Shown: positions 18,190 through 37,545 of the stretch, in pieces
Position numbering within the stretch: the first letter of the stretch is position 1
Layout of the letters: every line of letters starts with the position of its first letter
Assembly: GCF_009914755.1 (NCBI RefSeq)
Contig: NC_060948.1
DNA: 64,000 bases
Reading direction: 5' to 3' (one strand)
From: the human T2T-CHM13v2.0 reference genome, Homo sapiens
The notes under the pieces: generated by a model
Seen by the model: only the letters and a program-made list of their open reading frames with translations
Told to the model about the DNA's origin: nothing
The model's database searches: none
Made by a program: the position numbers and the translations under genes

Positions 18190-20294
18190 AGATCCATATT
18201 TTGTAAATGAAAAAAAATTTCAAAGGTACTCTGCTTGGTACAATAATCAAATGTATAAACTGAGGAATAAAACATAACCATGAAACCTACTTATAACTGC
18301 ATATGGAAAATACAGAGGATAATTTTTTAAATAACATATTTTGAAAGCCTTAACTAGTAATTTGAAGAGTTGGCATTTGAAAGGCCAGTATGAATAAACC
18401 TTCAAAGCAGCAACACAGGTTCCCCATGAGAAAAAGCAAACACAGGGAAAATAAAAACACAAAGGTTCAATCTCTTCTGACCTTTGAAAGACACAGCACA
18501 GACAGTGGTCCTTAGGACGAAGAGCAGGAGACCCCTAATTCCGTCACCATGGCGATAGGGCATAAACATTGCTGGGTGAGGGCACAATCCACATTGTGAG
18601 GTCCAACTGCTGCCAGGAAGACAGGAGTGCTTTTACATAGACCGAAAGGTCATTGAAGGCTCAGAGTTTTGTTTCAAGAACTGAATCCCAAGCCCACACG
18701 TTATTAGGCTGCGCTTCTTAAAACAAGTTAAGAGATGGGAAAAAGGGCACCCACAAACATACGTATACATTATGTATATAATAATATACTGTATCATATA
18801 TATAATATATATAACCTATGTATAATATTGTTTTACATCCTGCATCTTATGTTATATATATTGTATAAAATATAATAATTGATAATATATAAGTTTTATA
18901 ATAATACAATATGACATATAGTATATATTATAATTTATGACATATATAATATATATTATATATCATATATAGAATATATTATACGGTTAATATACGTATT
19001 AAATATAAATTATACCTTATATATATTATATATAATATATCTGTTATATATAATACCCATTATGCATAATATATATATTATGTCTATGTTATATATAGTA
19101 TAAAACAACATATTATAATATATAATTGTATATATAAAATGCGACATATAATATATATTATATTTTATAACATATGTAATATATATTATATATTATATAT
19201 AATACGTTGTATGTATAATACCTATATTAAATATATATTATATGACTATGTTATTAATTACATGTCACATGTGTTATATATTATATATTTTACATAGAAT
19301 ATACCGGTTACATACAATATATACTATGTTACCTATAATGTATAATTTATTACATGTAAAATAAAGAATGCAATATATTATGTATAATTTATAATATACA
19401 ATATGTGGAATGTGACATATGTAACATATAATATATGATATATGATATACAGTATATGATATATAACATACAATATATGATTCCTAATATATATGGTATA
19501 CAATATATATTTTATGATATGTATTCTATATGTTTTATATTCTGTTATATATAACTATTTGAAATTATATATAACTGTATAATATTTTATGTAAATATGT
19601 AATATAATATATATAACTATATAATATATTATATATAACTATATATTATGTTATATATACTTTTATAACATAATTTACATAAAATATCATAATATAATAT
19701 ATATTATATTATTTCATATTACATAATATATATTACATATCACCCAATATAACTAACATACATAATATTATAATATAGATTATATTATGTTATATTAAAT
19801 ATCATATATATCATGTATCATATATTCTATAATATATATTACACATTATATAATATGTATGTTGTCTATTATGTGATATATATAACTCAATATATAATTA
19901 TATTTTTATACATATAACTAGATAAACATGTAATTCTACATATTTTCATTTATAATATGTAGAATTATATAATCATATATAATTATTTATATTCTATAAA
20001 AAATTTTATCATTATATAAATTATAATATATAAAAATTATAATATGTACTACAAATATATATATTATATATCTTATATGATATAGTACCTTTGTTATATA
20101 TCATAATACATATAAATGTGTATTATGTTATCTATAATTATATAATTTCATATATAAGATGTATAATATGTATCATATATTATATATGTTATGTAATATA
20201 TATAGTATACATAAGATGACACAGGATAAATATTATATACTATGACATATAAAATATATGAGGTTATATGTTACATATAAGGCATAGCACATAA

Positions 20295-20609
<315 letters not shown>

Positions 20610-22716
20610 AGATCCATATTTTGTAAATGAAAAAAAATTTCAAAGGTACTCTGCTTGGTACAATAATCAAATGTATAAACTGAGGAATAAAACATAACCA
20701 TGAAACCTACTTATAACTGCATATGGAAAATACAGAGGATAATTTTTTAAATAACATATTTTGAAAGCCTTAACTAGTAATTTGAAGAGTTGGCATTTGA
20801 AAGGCCAGTATGAATAAACCTTCAAAGCAGCAACACAGGTTCCCCATGAGAAAAAGCAAACACAGGGAAAATAAAAACACAAAGGTTCAATCTCTTCTGA
20901 CCTTTGAAAGACACAGCACAGACAGTGGTCCTTAGGACGAAGAGCAGGAGACCCCTAATTCCGTCACCATGGCGATAGGGCATAAACATTGCTGGGTGAG
21001 GGCACAATCCACATTGTGAGGTCCAACTGCTGCCAGGAAGACAGGAGTGCTTTTACATAGACCGAAAGGTCATTGAAGGCTCAGAGTTTTGTTTCAAGAA
21101 CTGAATCCCAAGCCCACACGTTATTAGGCTGCGCTTCTTAAAACAAGTTATGAGATGGGAAAAAGGGCACCCACAAACATACGTATACATTATGTATATA
21201 ATAATATACTGTATCATATATATAATATATATAACCTATGTATAATATTGTTTTACATCCTGCATCTTATGTTATATATATTGTATAAAATATAATAACT
21301 GATAATATATAAGTTTTATAATTATACAATATGACATATAGTATATATTATAATTTATGACATATATAATATATGTTATATATCATATATAGAATATATT
21401 ATACGGTTAATATACGTATTAAATATAAATTATACCTTATATATATTATATATAATATATCTGTTATATATAATACCCATTATGCATAATATATATATTA
21501 TGTCTATGTTATATATAGTATAAAACAACATATTATAATATATAATTGTATATATAAAATGCGACATATAATATATATTATATTTTATAACATATGTAAT
21601 ATATATTATATATTATATATAATACGTTGTATGTATAATACCTATATTAAATATATATTATATGACTATGTTATTAATTACATGTCACATGTGTTATATA
21701 TTATATATTTTACATAGAATATACCGGTTACATACAATATATACTATGTTACCTATAATGTATAATTTATTACATGTAAAATAAAGAATGCAATATATTA
21801 TGTATAATTTATAATATACAATATGTGGAATGTGACATATGTAACATATAATATATGATATATGATATACAGTATATGATATATAACATACAATATATGA
21901 TTCCTAATATATATGGTATACAATATATATTTTATGATATGTATTCTATATGTTTTATATTCTGTTATATATAACTATTTGAAATTATATATAACTGTAT
22001 AATATTTTATGTAAATATGTAATATAATATATATAACTATATAATATATTATATATAACTATATATTATGTTATATATACTTTTATAACATAATTTACAT
22101 AAAATATCATAATATAATATATATTATATTATTTCATATTACATAATATATATTACATATCACCCAATATAACTAACATACATAATATTATAATATAGAT
22201 TATATTATGTTATATTAAATATCATATATATCATGTATCATATATTCTATAATATATATTACACATTATATAATATGTAGGTTGTCTATTATGTGATATA
22301 TATAACTCAATATATAATTACATTTTTATACATATAACTTGATAAACATGTAATTCTACATATTTTCATTTATAATATGTAGAATTATATAATCATATAT
22401 AATTATTTATATTCTATAAAAAATTTTATCATTATATAAATTATAATATATAAAAATTATAATATGTACTACAAATACATATATATTATATATCATATAT
22501 GATATAGTACCTTTGTTATATATCATAATACATATAAATGTGTATTATGTTATCTATAATTATATAATTTCATATATAAGATGTATAATATGTATCATAT
22601 ATTATATATGTTATGTAATATATATAGTATATATAAGATGACACAGGATAAATATTATATACTATGACATATAAAATATATGAGGTTATATGTTACATAT
22701 AAGGCATAGCACATAA

Positions 22717-23031
<315 letters not shown>

Positions 23032-25134
23032 AGATCCATATTTTGTAAATGAAAAAAAATTTCAAAGTTACTCTGCTTGGTACAATAATCAAATGTATAA
23101 ACTGAGGAATAAAACATAACCATGAAACCTACTTATAACTGCATATGGAAAATACAGAGGATAATTTTTTAAATAACATATTTTGAAAGCCTTAACTAGT
23201 AATTTGAAGAGTTGGCATTTGAAAGGCCAGTATGAATAAACCTTCAAAGCAGCAACACAGGTTCCCCATGAGAAAAAGCAAACACAGGGAAAATAAAAAC
23301 ACAAAGGTTCAATCTCTTCTGACCTTTGAAAGACACAGCACAGACAGTGGTCCTTAGGACGAAGAGCAGGAGACCCCTAATTCCGTCACCATGGCGATAG
23401 GGCATAAACATTGCTGGGTGAGGGCACAATCCACATTGTGAGGTCCAACTGCTGCCAGGAAGACAGGAGTGCTTTTACATAGACCGAAAGGTCATTGAAG
23501 GCTCAGAGTTTTGTTTCAAGAACTGAATCCCAAGCCCACACGTTATTAGGCTGCGCTTCTTAAAACAAGTTATGAGATGGGAAAAAGGGCACCCACAAAC
23601 ATACGTATACATTATGTATATAATAATATACTGTATCATATATATAATATATATAACCTATGTATAATATTGTTTTACATCCTGCATCTTATGTTATATA
23701 TATTGTATAAAATATAATAATTGATAATATATAAGTTTTATAATTATACAATATGACATATAGTATATATTATAATTTATGACATATATAATATATGTTA
23801 TATATCATATATAGAATATATTATACGGTTAATATACGTATTAAATATAAATTATACCTTATATATATTATATATAATATATCTGTTATATATAATACCC
23901 ATTATGCATAATATATATATTATGTCTATGTTATATATAGTATAAAACAACATATTATAATATATAATTGTATATATAAAATGCGACATATAATATATAT
24001 TATATTTTATAACATATGTAATATATATTATATATTATATATAATACGTTGTATGTATAATACCTATATTAAATATATATTATATGACTATGTTATTAAT
24101 TACATGTCACATGTGTTATATATTATATATTTTACATAGAATATACCGGTTACATACAATATATACTATGTTACCTATAATGTATAATTTATTACATGTA
24201 AAATAAAGAATGCAATATATTATGTATAATTTATAATATACAATATGTGGAATGTGACATATGTAACATATAATATATGATATATGATATACAGTATATG
24301 ATATATAACATACAATATATGATTCCTAATATATATGGTATACAATATATATTTTATGATATGTATTCTATATGTTTTATATTCTGTTATATATAACTAT
24401 TTGAAATTATATATAACTGTATAATATTTTATGTAAATATGTAATATAATATATAAAACTATATAATATATTATATATAACTATATATTATGTTATGTAT
24501 ACTTTTATAACATAATTTACATAAAATATCATAATATAATATATATTATATTATTTCATATTACATAATATATATTACATATCACCCAATATAACTAACA
24601 TACCTAATATTATAATATAGATTATATTATGTTATATTAAATATCATATATATCATGTATCATATATTCTATAATATATATTACACATTATATAATATGT
24701 ATGCTGTCTATTATGTGATATATATAACTATATATAATTATATTTTTATACATATAACTAGATAAACATGTAATTCTACATATTTTCATTTATAATATGT
24801 AGAATTATATAATCATATATAATTATTTATATTCTATAAAAAATTTTATCATTATATAAATTATAATATATAAAAATTATAATATGTACTACAAATATAT
24901 ATATTATATATCATATATGATATAGTACCTTTGTTATATATCATAATACATATAAATGTGTATTATGTTATCTATAATTATATAATTTCATATATAAGGT
25001 GTATAATATGTATCATATATTATATATGTTATGTAATATATATAGTATATATAAGATGACACAGGATAAATATTATATACTATGACATATAAAATATATG
25101 AGGTTATATGTTACATATAAGGCATAGCACATAA

Positions 25135-25449
<315 letters not shown>

Positions 25450-27554
25450 AGATCCGTATTTTTTAAATGAAAAAAAATTTCAAAGGTACTCTGCTTGGTA
25501 CAATAATCAAATGTATAAACTGAGGAATAAAACATAACCATGAAACCTACTTATAACTGCATATGGAAAATACAGAGGATAATTTTTTAAATAACATATT
25601 TTGAAAGCCTTAACTAGTAATTTGAAGAGTTGGCATTTGAAAGGCCAGTATGAATATACCTTCAAAGCAGCAACACAGGTTCCCCATGAGAAAAAGCAAA
25701 CACAGGGAAAATAAAAACACAAAGGTTCAATCTCTTCTGACCTTTGAAAGACACAGCACAGACAGTGGTCCTTAGGACGAAGAGCAGGAGACCCCTAATT
25801 CCGTCACCATGGCGATAGGGCATAAACATTGCTGGGTGAGGGCACAATCCACATTGTGAGGTCCAACTGCTGCCAGGAAGACAGGAGTGCTTTTACATAG
25901 ACCGAAAGGTCATTGAAGGCTCAGAGTTTTGTTTCAAGAACTGAATCCCAAGCCCACACGTTATTAGGCTGCGCTTCTTAAAACAAGTGATGAGATGGGA
26001 AAAAGGGCACCCACAAACATACGTATACATTATGTATATAATAATATACAGTATCATATATATAATATATATAACCTATGTATAATATTGTTTTACATCC
26101 TGCATCTTATGTTATATATATTGTATAAAATATAATAATTGATAATATATAAGTTTTATAATTATACAATATGACATATAGTATATATTATAATTTATGA
26201 CATATATAATATATGTTATATATCATATATAGAATATATTATACGGTTAATATACGTATTAAATGTAAATTATACCTTATATATATTATATATAATATAA
26301 CTGTTATATATAATACCCATTATGCATAATATATATATTATGTCTATGTTATATATAGTATAAAACAACATATAATAATATATAATTGTATATATAAAAT
26401 GCGACATATAATATATATTATATTTTATAACATATGTAATATATATTATATATTATATATAATACGTTGTATGTATAATACCTATATTAAATATATATTA
26501 TATGACTATGTTATTAATTACATGTCACATGTGTTATATATTATATATTTTACATAGAATATACCGGTTACATACAATATATACTATGTTACCTATAATG
26601 TATAATTTATTACATGTAAAATAAAGAATGCAATATATTATGTATAATTTATAATATACAATATGTGGAATGTGATATATGTAACATATAATATATGATA
26701 TATGATATACAGTATATGATATATAACATACAATATATGATTCCTAATATATATGGTATACAATATATATTTTATGATATGTATTCTATATGTTTTATAT
26801 TCTGTTATATATAACTATTTGAAATTATATATAACTGTATAATATTTTATGTAAATATGTAATATAATATATATAACTATATAATATATTATATATAACT
26901 ATATATTATGTTATGTATACTTTTATAACATAATTTACATAAAATATCATAATATAATATATATTATATTATTTCATATTACATAATATATATTACATAT
27001 CACCCAATATAACTAACATACATAATATTATAATATAGATTATATTATGTTATATTAAATATCATATATATCATGTATCATATATTCTATAATATATATT
27101 ACACATTATATAATATGTATGCTGTCTATTATGTGATATATATAACTATATATATAATTATATTTTTATACATATAACTAGATAAACATGTAATTCTACA
27201 TATTTTCATTTATAATATGTAGAATTATATAATCATATATAATTCTTTATATTCTATAAAAAATTTTATCATTATATAAATTATAATATATAAAAATTAT
27301 AATATGTACTACAAATATATATATTATATATCATATATGATATAGTACCTTTGTTATATATCATAATACATATAAATGTGTATTATGTTATCTATAATTA
27401 TATAATTTCATATATAAGGTGTATAATATGTATCATATATTATATATGTTATGTAATATATATAGTATATATAAGATGACACAGGATAAATATTATATAC
27501 TATGACATATAAAATATATGAGGTTATATGTTACATATAAGGCATAGCACATAA

Positions 27555-27869
<315 letters not shown>

Positions 27870-29972
27870 AGATCCATATTTTTTAAATGAAAAAAAATTT
27901 CAAAGGTACTCTGCTTGGTACAATAATCAAATGTATAAACTGAGGAATAAAACATAACCATGAAACCTACTTATAACTGCATATGGAAAATACAGAGGAT
28001 AATTTTTTAAATAACATATTTTGAAAGCCTTAACTAGTAATTTGAAGAGTTGGCATTTGAAAGGCCAGTATGAATATACCTTCAAAGCAGCAACACAGGT
28101 TCCCCATGAGAAAAAGCAAACACAGGGAAAATAAAAACACAAAGGTTCAATCTCTTCTGACCTTTGAAAGACACAGCACAGACAGTGGTCCTTAGGACGA
28201 AGAGCAGGAGACCCCTAATTCCGTCACCATGGCGATAGGGCATAAACATTGCTGGGTGAGGGCACAATCCAAATTGTGAGGTCCAACTGCTGCCAGGAAG
28301 ACAGGAGTGCTTTTACATAGACCGAAAGGTCATTGAAGGCTCAGAGTTTTGTTTCAAGAACTGAATCCCAAGCCCACACGTTATTAGGCTGCGCTTCTTA
28401 AAACAAGTGATGAGATGGGAAAAAGGGCACCCACAAACATACGTATACATTATGTATATAATAATATACAGTATCATATATATAATATATATAACCTATG
28501 TATAATATTGTTTTACATCCTGCATCTTATGTTATATATATTGTATAAAATATAATAATTGATAATATATAAGTTTTATAATTATACAATATGACATATA
28601 GTATATATTATAATTTATGACATATATAATACATGTTATATATCATATATAGAATATATTATACGGTTAATATACGTATTAAATGTAAATTATACCTTAT
28701 ATATATTATATATAATATAACTGTTATATATAATACCCATTATGCATAATATATATATTATGTCTATGTTATATATAGTATAAAACAACATATAATAATA
28801 TATAATTGTATATATAAAATGCGACATATAATATATATTATATTTTATAACATATGTAATATATATTATATATTATATATAATACGTTGTATGTATAATA
28901 CCTATATTAAATATATATTATATGACTATGTTATTAATTACATGTCACATGTGTTATATATTATATATTTTACATAGAATATACCGGTTACATACAATAT
29001 ATACTATGTTACCTATAATGTATAATTTATTACAAGTAAAATAAAGAATGCAATATATTATGTATAATTTATAATATACAATATGTGGAATGTGATATAT
29101 GTAACATATAATATATGATATATGATATACAGTATATGATATATAACATACAATATATGATTCCTAATATATATGGTATACAATATATATTTTATGATAT
29201 GTATTCTATATGTTTTATATTCTGTTATATATAACTATTTGAAATTATATATAACTGTATAATATTTTATGTAAATATGTAATATAATATATATAACTAT
29301 ATAATATATTATATATAACTATATATTATGTTATGTATACTTTTATAACATAATTTACATAAAATATCATAATATAATATATATTATATTATTTCATATT
29401 ACATAATATATATTACATATCACCCAATATAACTAACATACCTAATATTATAATATAGATTATATTATGTTATATTAAATATCATATATATCATGTATCA
29501 TATATTCTATAATATATATTACACATTATATAATATGTATGCTGTCTATTATGTGATATATATAACTATATATAATTATATTTTTATACATATAACTAGA
29601 TAAACATGTAATTCTACATATTTTCATTTATAATATGTAGAATTATATAATCATATATAATTATTTATATTCTATAAAAAATTTTATCATTATATAAATT
29701 ATAATATATAAAAATTATAATATGTACTACAAATATATATATTATATATCATATATGATATAGTACCTTTGTTATATATCATAATACATATAAATGTGTA
29801 TTATGTTATCTATAATTATATAATTTCATATATAAGGTGTATAATATGTATCATATATTATATATGTTATGTAATATATATAGTATATATAAGATGACAC
29901 AGGATAAATATTATATACTATGACATATAAAATATATGAGGTTATATGTTACATATAAGGCATAGCACATAA

Positions 29973-30287
<315 letters not shown>

Positions 30288-32392
30288 AGATCCGTATTTT
30301 TTAAATGAAAAAAAATTTCAAAGGTACTCTGCTTGGTACAATAATCAAATGTATAAACTGAGGAATAAAACATAACCATGAAACCTACTTATAACTGCAT
30401 ATGGAAAATACAGAGGATAATTTTTTAAATAACATATTTTGAAAGCCTTAACTAGTAATTTGAAGAGTTGGCATTTGAAAGGCCAGTATGAATATACCTT
30501 CAAAGCAGCAACACAGGTTCCCCATGAGAAAAAGCAAACACAGGGAAAATAAAAACACAAAGGTTCAATCTCTTCTGACCTTTGAAAGACACAGCACAGA
30601 CAGTGGTCCTTAGGACGAAGAGCAGGAGACCCCTAATTCCGTCACCATGGCGATAGGGCATAAACATTGCTGGGTGAGGGCACAATCCACATTGTGAGGT
30701 CCAACTGCTGCCAGGAAGACAGGAGTGCTTTTACATAGACCGAAAGGTCATTGAAGGCTCAGAGTTTTGTTTCAAGAACTGAATCCCAAGCCCACACGTT
30801 ATTAGGCTGCGCTTCTTAAAACAAGTTATGAGATGGGAAAAAGGGCCCCCACAAACATACGTATACATTATGTATATAATAATATACAGTATCATATATA
30901 TAATATATATAACCTATGTATAATATTGTTTTACATCCTGCATCTTATGTTATATATATTGTATAAAATATAATAATTGATAATATATAAGTTTTATAAT
31001 TATACAATATGACATATAGTATATATTATAATTTATGACATGTATAATATATGTTATATGTCATATATAGAATATATTATACGGTTAATATACGTATTAA
31101 ATATAAATTATACATTATATATATTATATATAATATATCTGTTATATATAATACCCATTATGCATAATATATATATTATGTCTATGTTATATATAGTATA
31201 AAACAACATATAATAATATATAATTGTATATATAAAATGCGACATATAATATATATTATATTTTATAACATATGTAATATATATTATATATTATATATAA
31301 TACGTTGTATGTATAATACCTATATTAAATATATATTATATGACTATGTTATTAATTACATGTCACATGTGTTATATATTATATATTTTACATAGAATAT
31401 ACCGGTTACATACAATATATACTATGTTACCTATAATGTATAATTGATTACATGTAAAATAAAGAATGCAATATATTATGTAAAATTTATAATATACAAT
31501 ATGTGGAATGTGATATATGTAACATATAATATATGATATATGATATACAGTATATGATATATAACATACAATATATGATTCCTAATATATATGGTATACA
31601 ATATATATTTTATGATATGTATTCTATATGTTTTATATTCTGTTATATATAACTATTTGAAATTATATATAACTGTATAATATTTTATGTAAATATGTAA
31701 TATAATATATATAACTATATAATATATTATATATAACTATATATTATGTTATATATACTTTTATAACATAATTTACATAAAATATCATAATATAATATAT
31801 ATTATATTTTTTCATATTACATAATATATATTACATATCACCCAATATAACTAACATACATAATATTATAATATAGATTATATTATGTTATATTAAATAT
31901 CATATATATCATGTATCATATATTCTATAATATATATTACACATTGTATAATATGTATGTTGTCTATTATGTGATATATATAACTCAATATATAATTATA
32001 TTTTTATACATATAACTAGATAAACATGTAATTCTACATATTTTCATTTATAATATGTAGAATTATATAATCATATATAATTCTTTATATTCTATAAAAA
32101 ATTTTATCATTATATAAATTATAATATATAAAAATTATAATATGTACTACAAATATATATATTATATATCATATATGATATAGTACCTTTGTTATATATC
32201 ATAATACATATAAATGTGTATTATGTTATCTATAATTATATAATTTCATATATAAGGTGTATAATATGTATCATATATTATATATGTTATGTAATATATA
32301 TAGTATATATAAGATGACACAGGATAAATATTATATACTATGACATATAAAATATATGAGGTTATATGTTACATATAAGGCATAGCACATAA

Positions 32393-32707
<315 letters not shown>

Positions 32708-34810
32708 AGATCCATATTTTTTAAATGAAAAAAAATTTCAAAGGTACTCTGCTTGGTACAATAATCAAATGTATAAACTGAGGAATAAAACATAACCATG
32801 AAACCTACTTATAACTGCATATGGAAAATACAGAGGATAATTTTTTAAATAACATATTTTGAAAGCCTTAACTAGTAATTTGAAGAGTTGGCATTTGAAA
32901 GGCCAGTATGAATATACCTTCAAAGCAGCAACACAGGTTCCCCATGAGAAAAAGCAAACACAGGGAAAATAAAAACACAAAGGTTCAATCTCTTCTGACC
33001 TTTGAAAGACACAGCACAGACAGTGGTCCTTAGGACGAAGAGCAGGAGACCCCTAATTCCGTCACCATGGCGATAGGGCATAAACATTGCTGGGTGAGGG
33101 CACAATCCAAATTGTGAGGTCCAACTGCTGCCAGGAAGACAGGAGTGCTTTTACATAGACCGAAAGGTCATTGAAGGCTCAGAGTTTTGTTTCAAGAACT
33201 GAATCCCAAGCCCACACGTTATTAGGCTGCGCTTCTTAAAACAAGTGATGAGATGGGAAAAAGGGCACCCACAAACATACGTATACATTATGTATATAAT
33301 AATATACAGTATCATATATATAATATATATAACCTATGTATAATATTGTTTTACATCCTGCATCTTATGTTATATATATTGTATAAAATATAATAATTGA
33401 TAATATATAAGTTTTATAATTATACAATATGACATATAGTATATATTATAATTTATGACATATATAATACATGTTATATATCATATATAGAATATATTAT
33501 ACGGTTAATATACGTATTAAATGTAAATTATACCTTATATATATTATATATAATATAACTGTTATATATAATACCCATTATGCATAATATATATATTATG
33601 TCTATGTTATATATAGTATAAAACAACATATAATAATATATAATTGTATATATAAAATGCGACATATAATATATATTATATTTTATAACATATGTAATAT
33701 ATATTATATATTATATATAATACGTTGTATGTATAATACCTATATTAAATATATATTATATGACTATGTTATTAATTACATGTCACATGTGTTATATATT
33801 ATATATTTTACATAGAATATACCGGTTACATACAATATATACTATGTTACCTATAATGTATAATTTATTACAAGTAAAATAAAGAATGCAATATATTATG
33901 TATAATTTATAATATACAATATGTGGAATGTGATATATGTAACATATAATATATGATATATGATATACAGTATATGATATATAACATACAATATATGATT
34001 CCTAATATATATGGTATACAATATATATTTTATGATATGTATTCTATATGTTTTATATTCTGTTATATATAACTATTTGAAATTATATATAACTGTATAA
34101 TATTTTATGTAAATATGTAATATAATATATATAACTATATAATATATTATATATAACTATATATTATGTTATGTATACTTTTATAACATAATTTACATAA
34201 AATATCATAATATAATATATATTATATTATTTCATATTACATAATATATATTACATATCACCCAATATAACTAACATACCTAATATTATAATATAGATTA
34301 TATTATGTTATATTAAATATCATATATATCATGTATCATATATTCTATAATATATATTACACATTATATAATATGTATGCTGTCTATTATGTGATATATA
34401 TAACTATATATAATTATATTTTTATACATATAACTAGATAAACATGTAATTCTACATATTTTCATTTATAATATGTAGAATTATATAATCATATATAATT
34501 ATTTATATTCTATAAAAAATTTTATCATTATATAAATTATAATATATAAAAATTATAATATGTACTACAAATATATATATTATATATCATATATGATATA
34601 GTACCTTTGTTATATATCATAATACATATAAATGTGTATTATGTTATCTATAATTATATAATTTCATATATAAGGTGTATAATATGTATCATATATTATA
34701 TATGTTATGTAATATATATAGTATATATAAGATGACACAGGATAAATATTATATACTATGACATATAAAATATATGAGGTTATATGTTACATATAAGGCA
34801 TAGCACATAA

Positions 34811-35125
<315 letters not shown>

Positions 35126-37230
35126 AGATCCGTATTTTTTAAATGAAAAAAAATTTCAAAGGTACTCTGCTTGGTACAATAATCAAATGTATAAACTGAG
35201 GAATAAAACATAACCATGAAACCTACTTATAACTGCATATGGAAAATACAGAGGATAATTTTTTAAATAACATATTTTGAAAGCCTTAACTAGTAATTTG
35301 AAGAGTTGGCATTTGAAAGGCCAGTATGAATATACCTTCAAAGCAGCAACACAGGTTCCCCATGAGAAAAAGCAAACACAGGGAAAATAAAAACACAAAG
35401 GTTCAATCTCTTCTGACCTTTGAAAGACACAGCACAGACAGTGGTCCTTAGGACGAAGAGCAGGAGACCCCTAATTCCGTCACCATGGCGATAGGGCATA
35501 AACATTGCTGGGTGAGGGCACAATCCACATTGTGAGGTCCAACTGCTGCCAGGAAGACAGGAGTGCTTTTACATAGACCGAAAGGTCATTGAAGGCTCAG
35601 AGTTTTGTTTCAAGAACTGAATCCCAAGCCCACACGTTATTAGGCTGCGCTTCTTAAAACAAGTGATGAGATGGGAAAAAGGGCACCCACAAACATACGT
35701 ATACATTATGTATATAATAATATACAGTATCATATATATAATATATATAACCTATGTATAATATTGTTTTACATCCTGCATCTTATGTTATATATATTGT
35801 ATAAAATATAATAATTGATAATATATAAGTTTTATAATTATACAATATGACATATAGTATATATTATAATTTATGACATATATAATATATGTTATATATC
35901 ATATATAGAATATATTATACGGTTAATATACGTATTAAATGTAAATTATACCTTATATATATTATATATAATATAACTGTTATATATAATACCCATTATG
36001 CATAATATATATATTATGTCTATGTTATATATAGTATAAAACAACATATAATAATATATAATTGTATATATAAAATGCGACATATAATATATATTATATT
36101 TTATAACATATGTAATATATATTATATATTATATATAATACGTTGTATGTATAATACCTATATTAAATATATATTATATGACTATGTTATTAATTACATG
36201 TCACATGTGTTATATATTATATATTTTACATAGAATATACCGGTTACATACAATATATACTATGTTACCTATAATGTATAATTTATTACATGTAAAATAA
36301 AGAATGCAATATATTATGTATAATTTATAATATACAATATGTGGAATGTGATATATGTAACATATAATATATGATATATGATATACAGTATATGATATAT
36401 AACATACAATATATGATTCCTAATATATATGGTATACAATATATATTTTATGATATGTATTCTATATGTTTTATATTCTGTTATATATAACTATTTGAAA
36501 TTATATATAACTGTATAATATTTTATGTAAATATGTAATATAATATATATAACTATATAATATATTATATATAACTATATATTATGTTATGTATACTTTT
36601 ATAACATAATTTACATAAAATATCATAATATAATATATATTATATTATTTCATATTACATAATATATATTACATGTCACCCAATATAACTAACATACATA
36701 ATATTATAATATAGATTATATTATGTTATATTAAATATCATATATATCATGTATCATATATTCTATAATATATATTACACATTATATAATATGTATGCTG
36801 TCTATTATGTGATATATATAACTATATATATAATTATATTTTTATACATATAACTAGATAAACATGTAATTCTACATATTTTCATTTATAATATGTAGAA
36901 TTATATAATCATATATAATTCTTTATATTCTATAAAAAATTTTATCATTATATAAATTATAATATATAAAAATTATAATATGTACTACAAATATATATAT
37001 TATATATCATATATGATATAGTACCTTTGTTATATATCATAATACATATAAATGTGTATTATGTTATCTATAATTATATAATTTCATATATAAGGTGTAT
37101 AATATGTATCATATATTATATATGTTATGTAATATATATAGTATATATAAGATGACACAGGATAAATATTATATACTATGACATATAAAATATATGAGGT
37201 TATATGTTACATATAAGGCATAGCACATAA

Positions 37231-37545
<315 letters not shown>

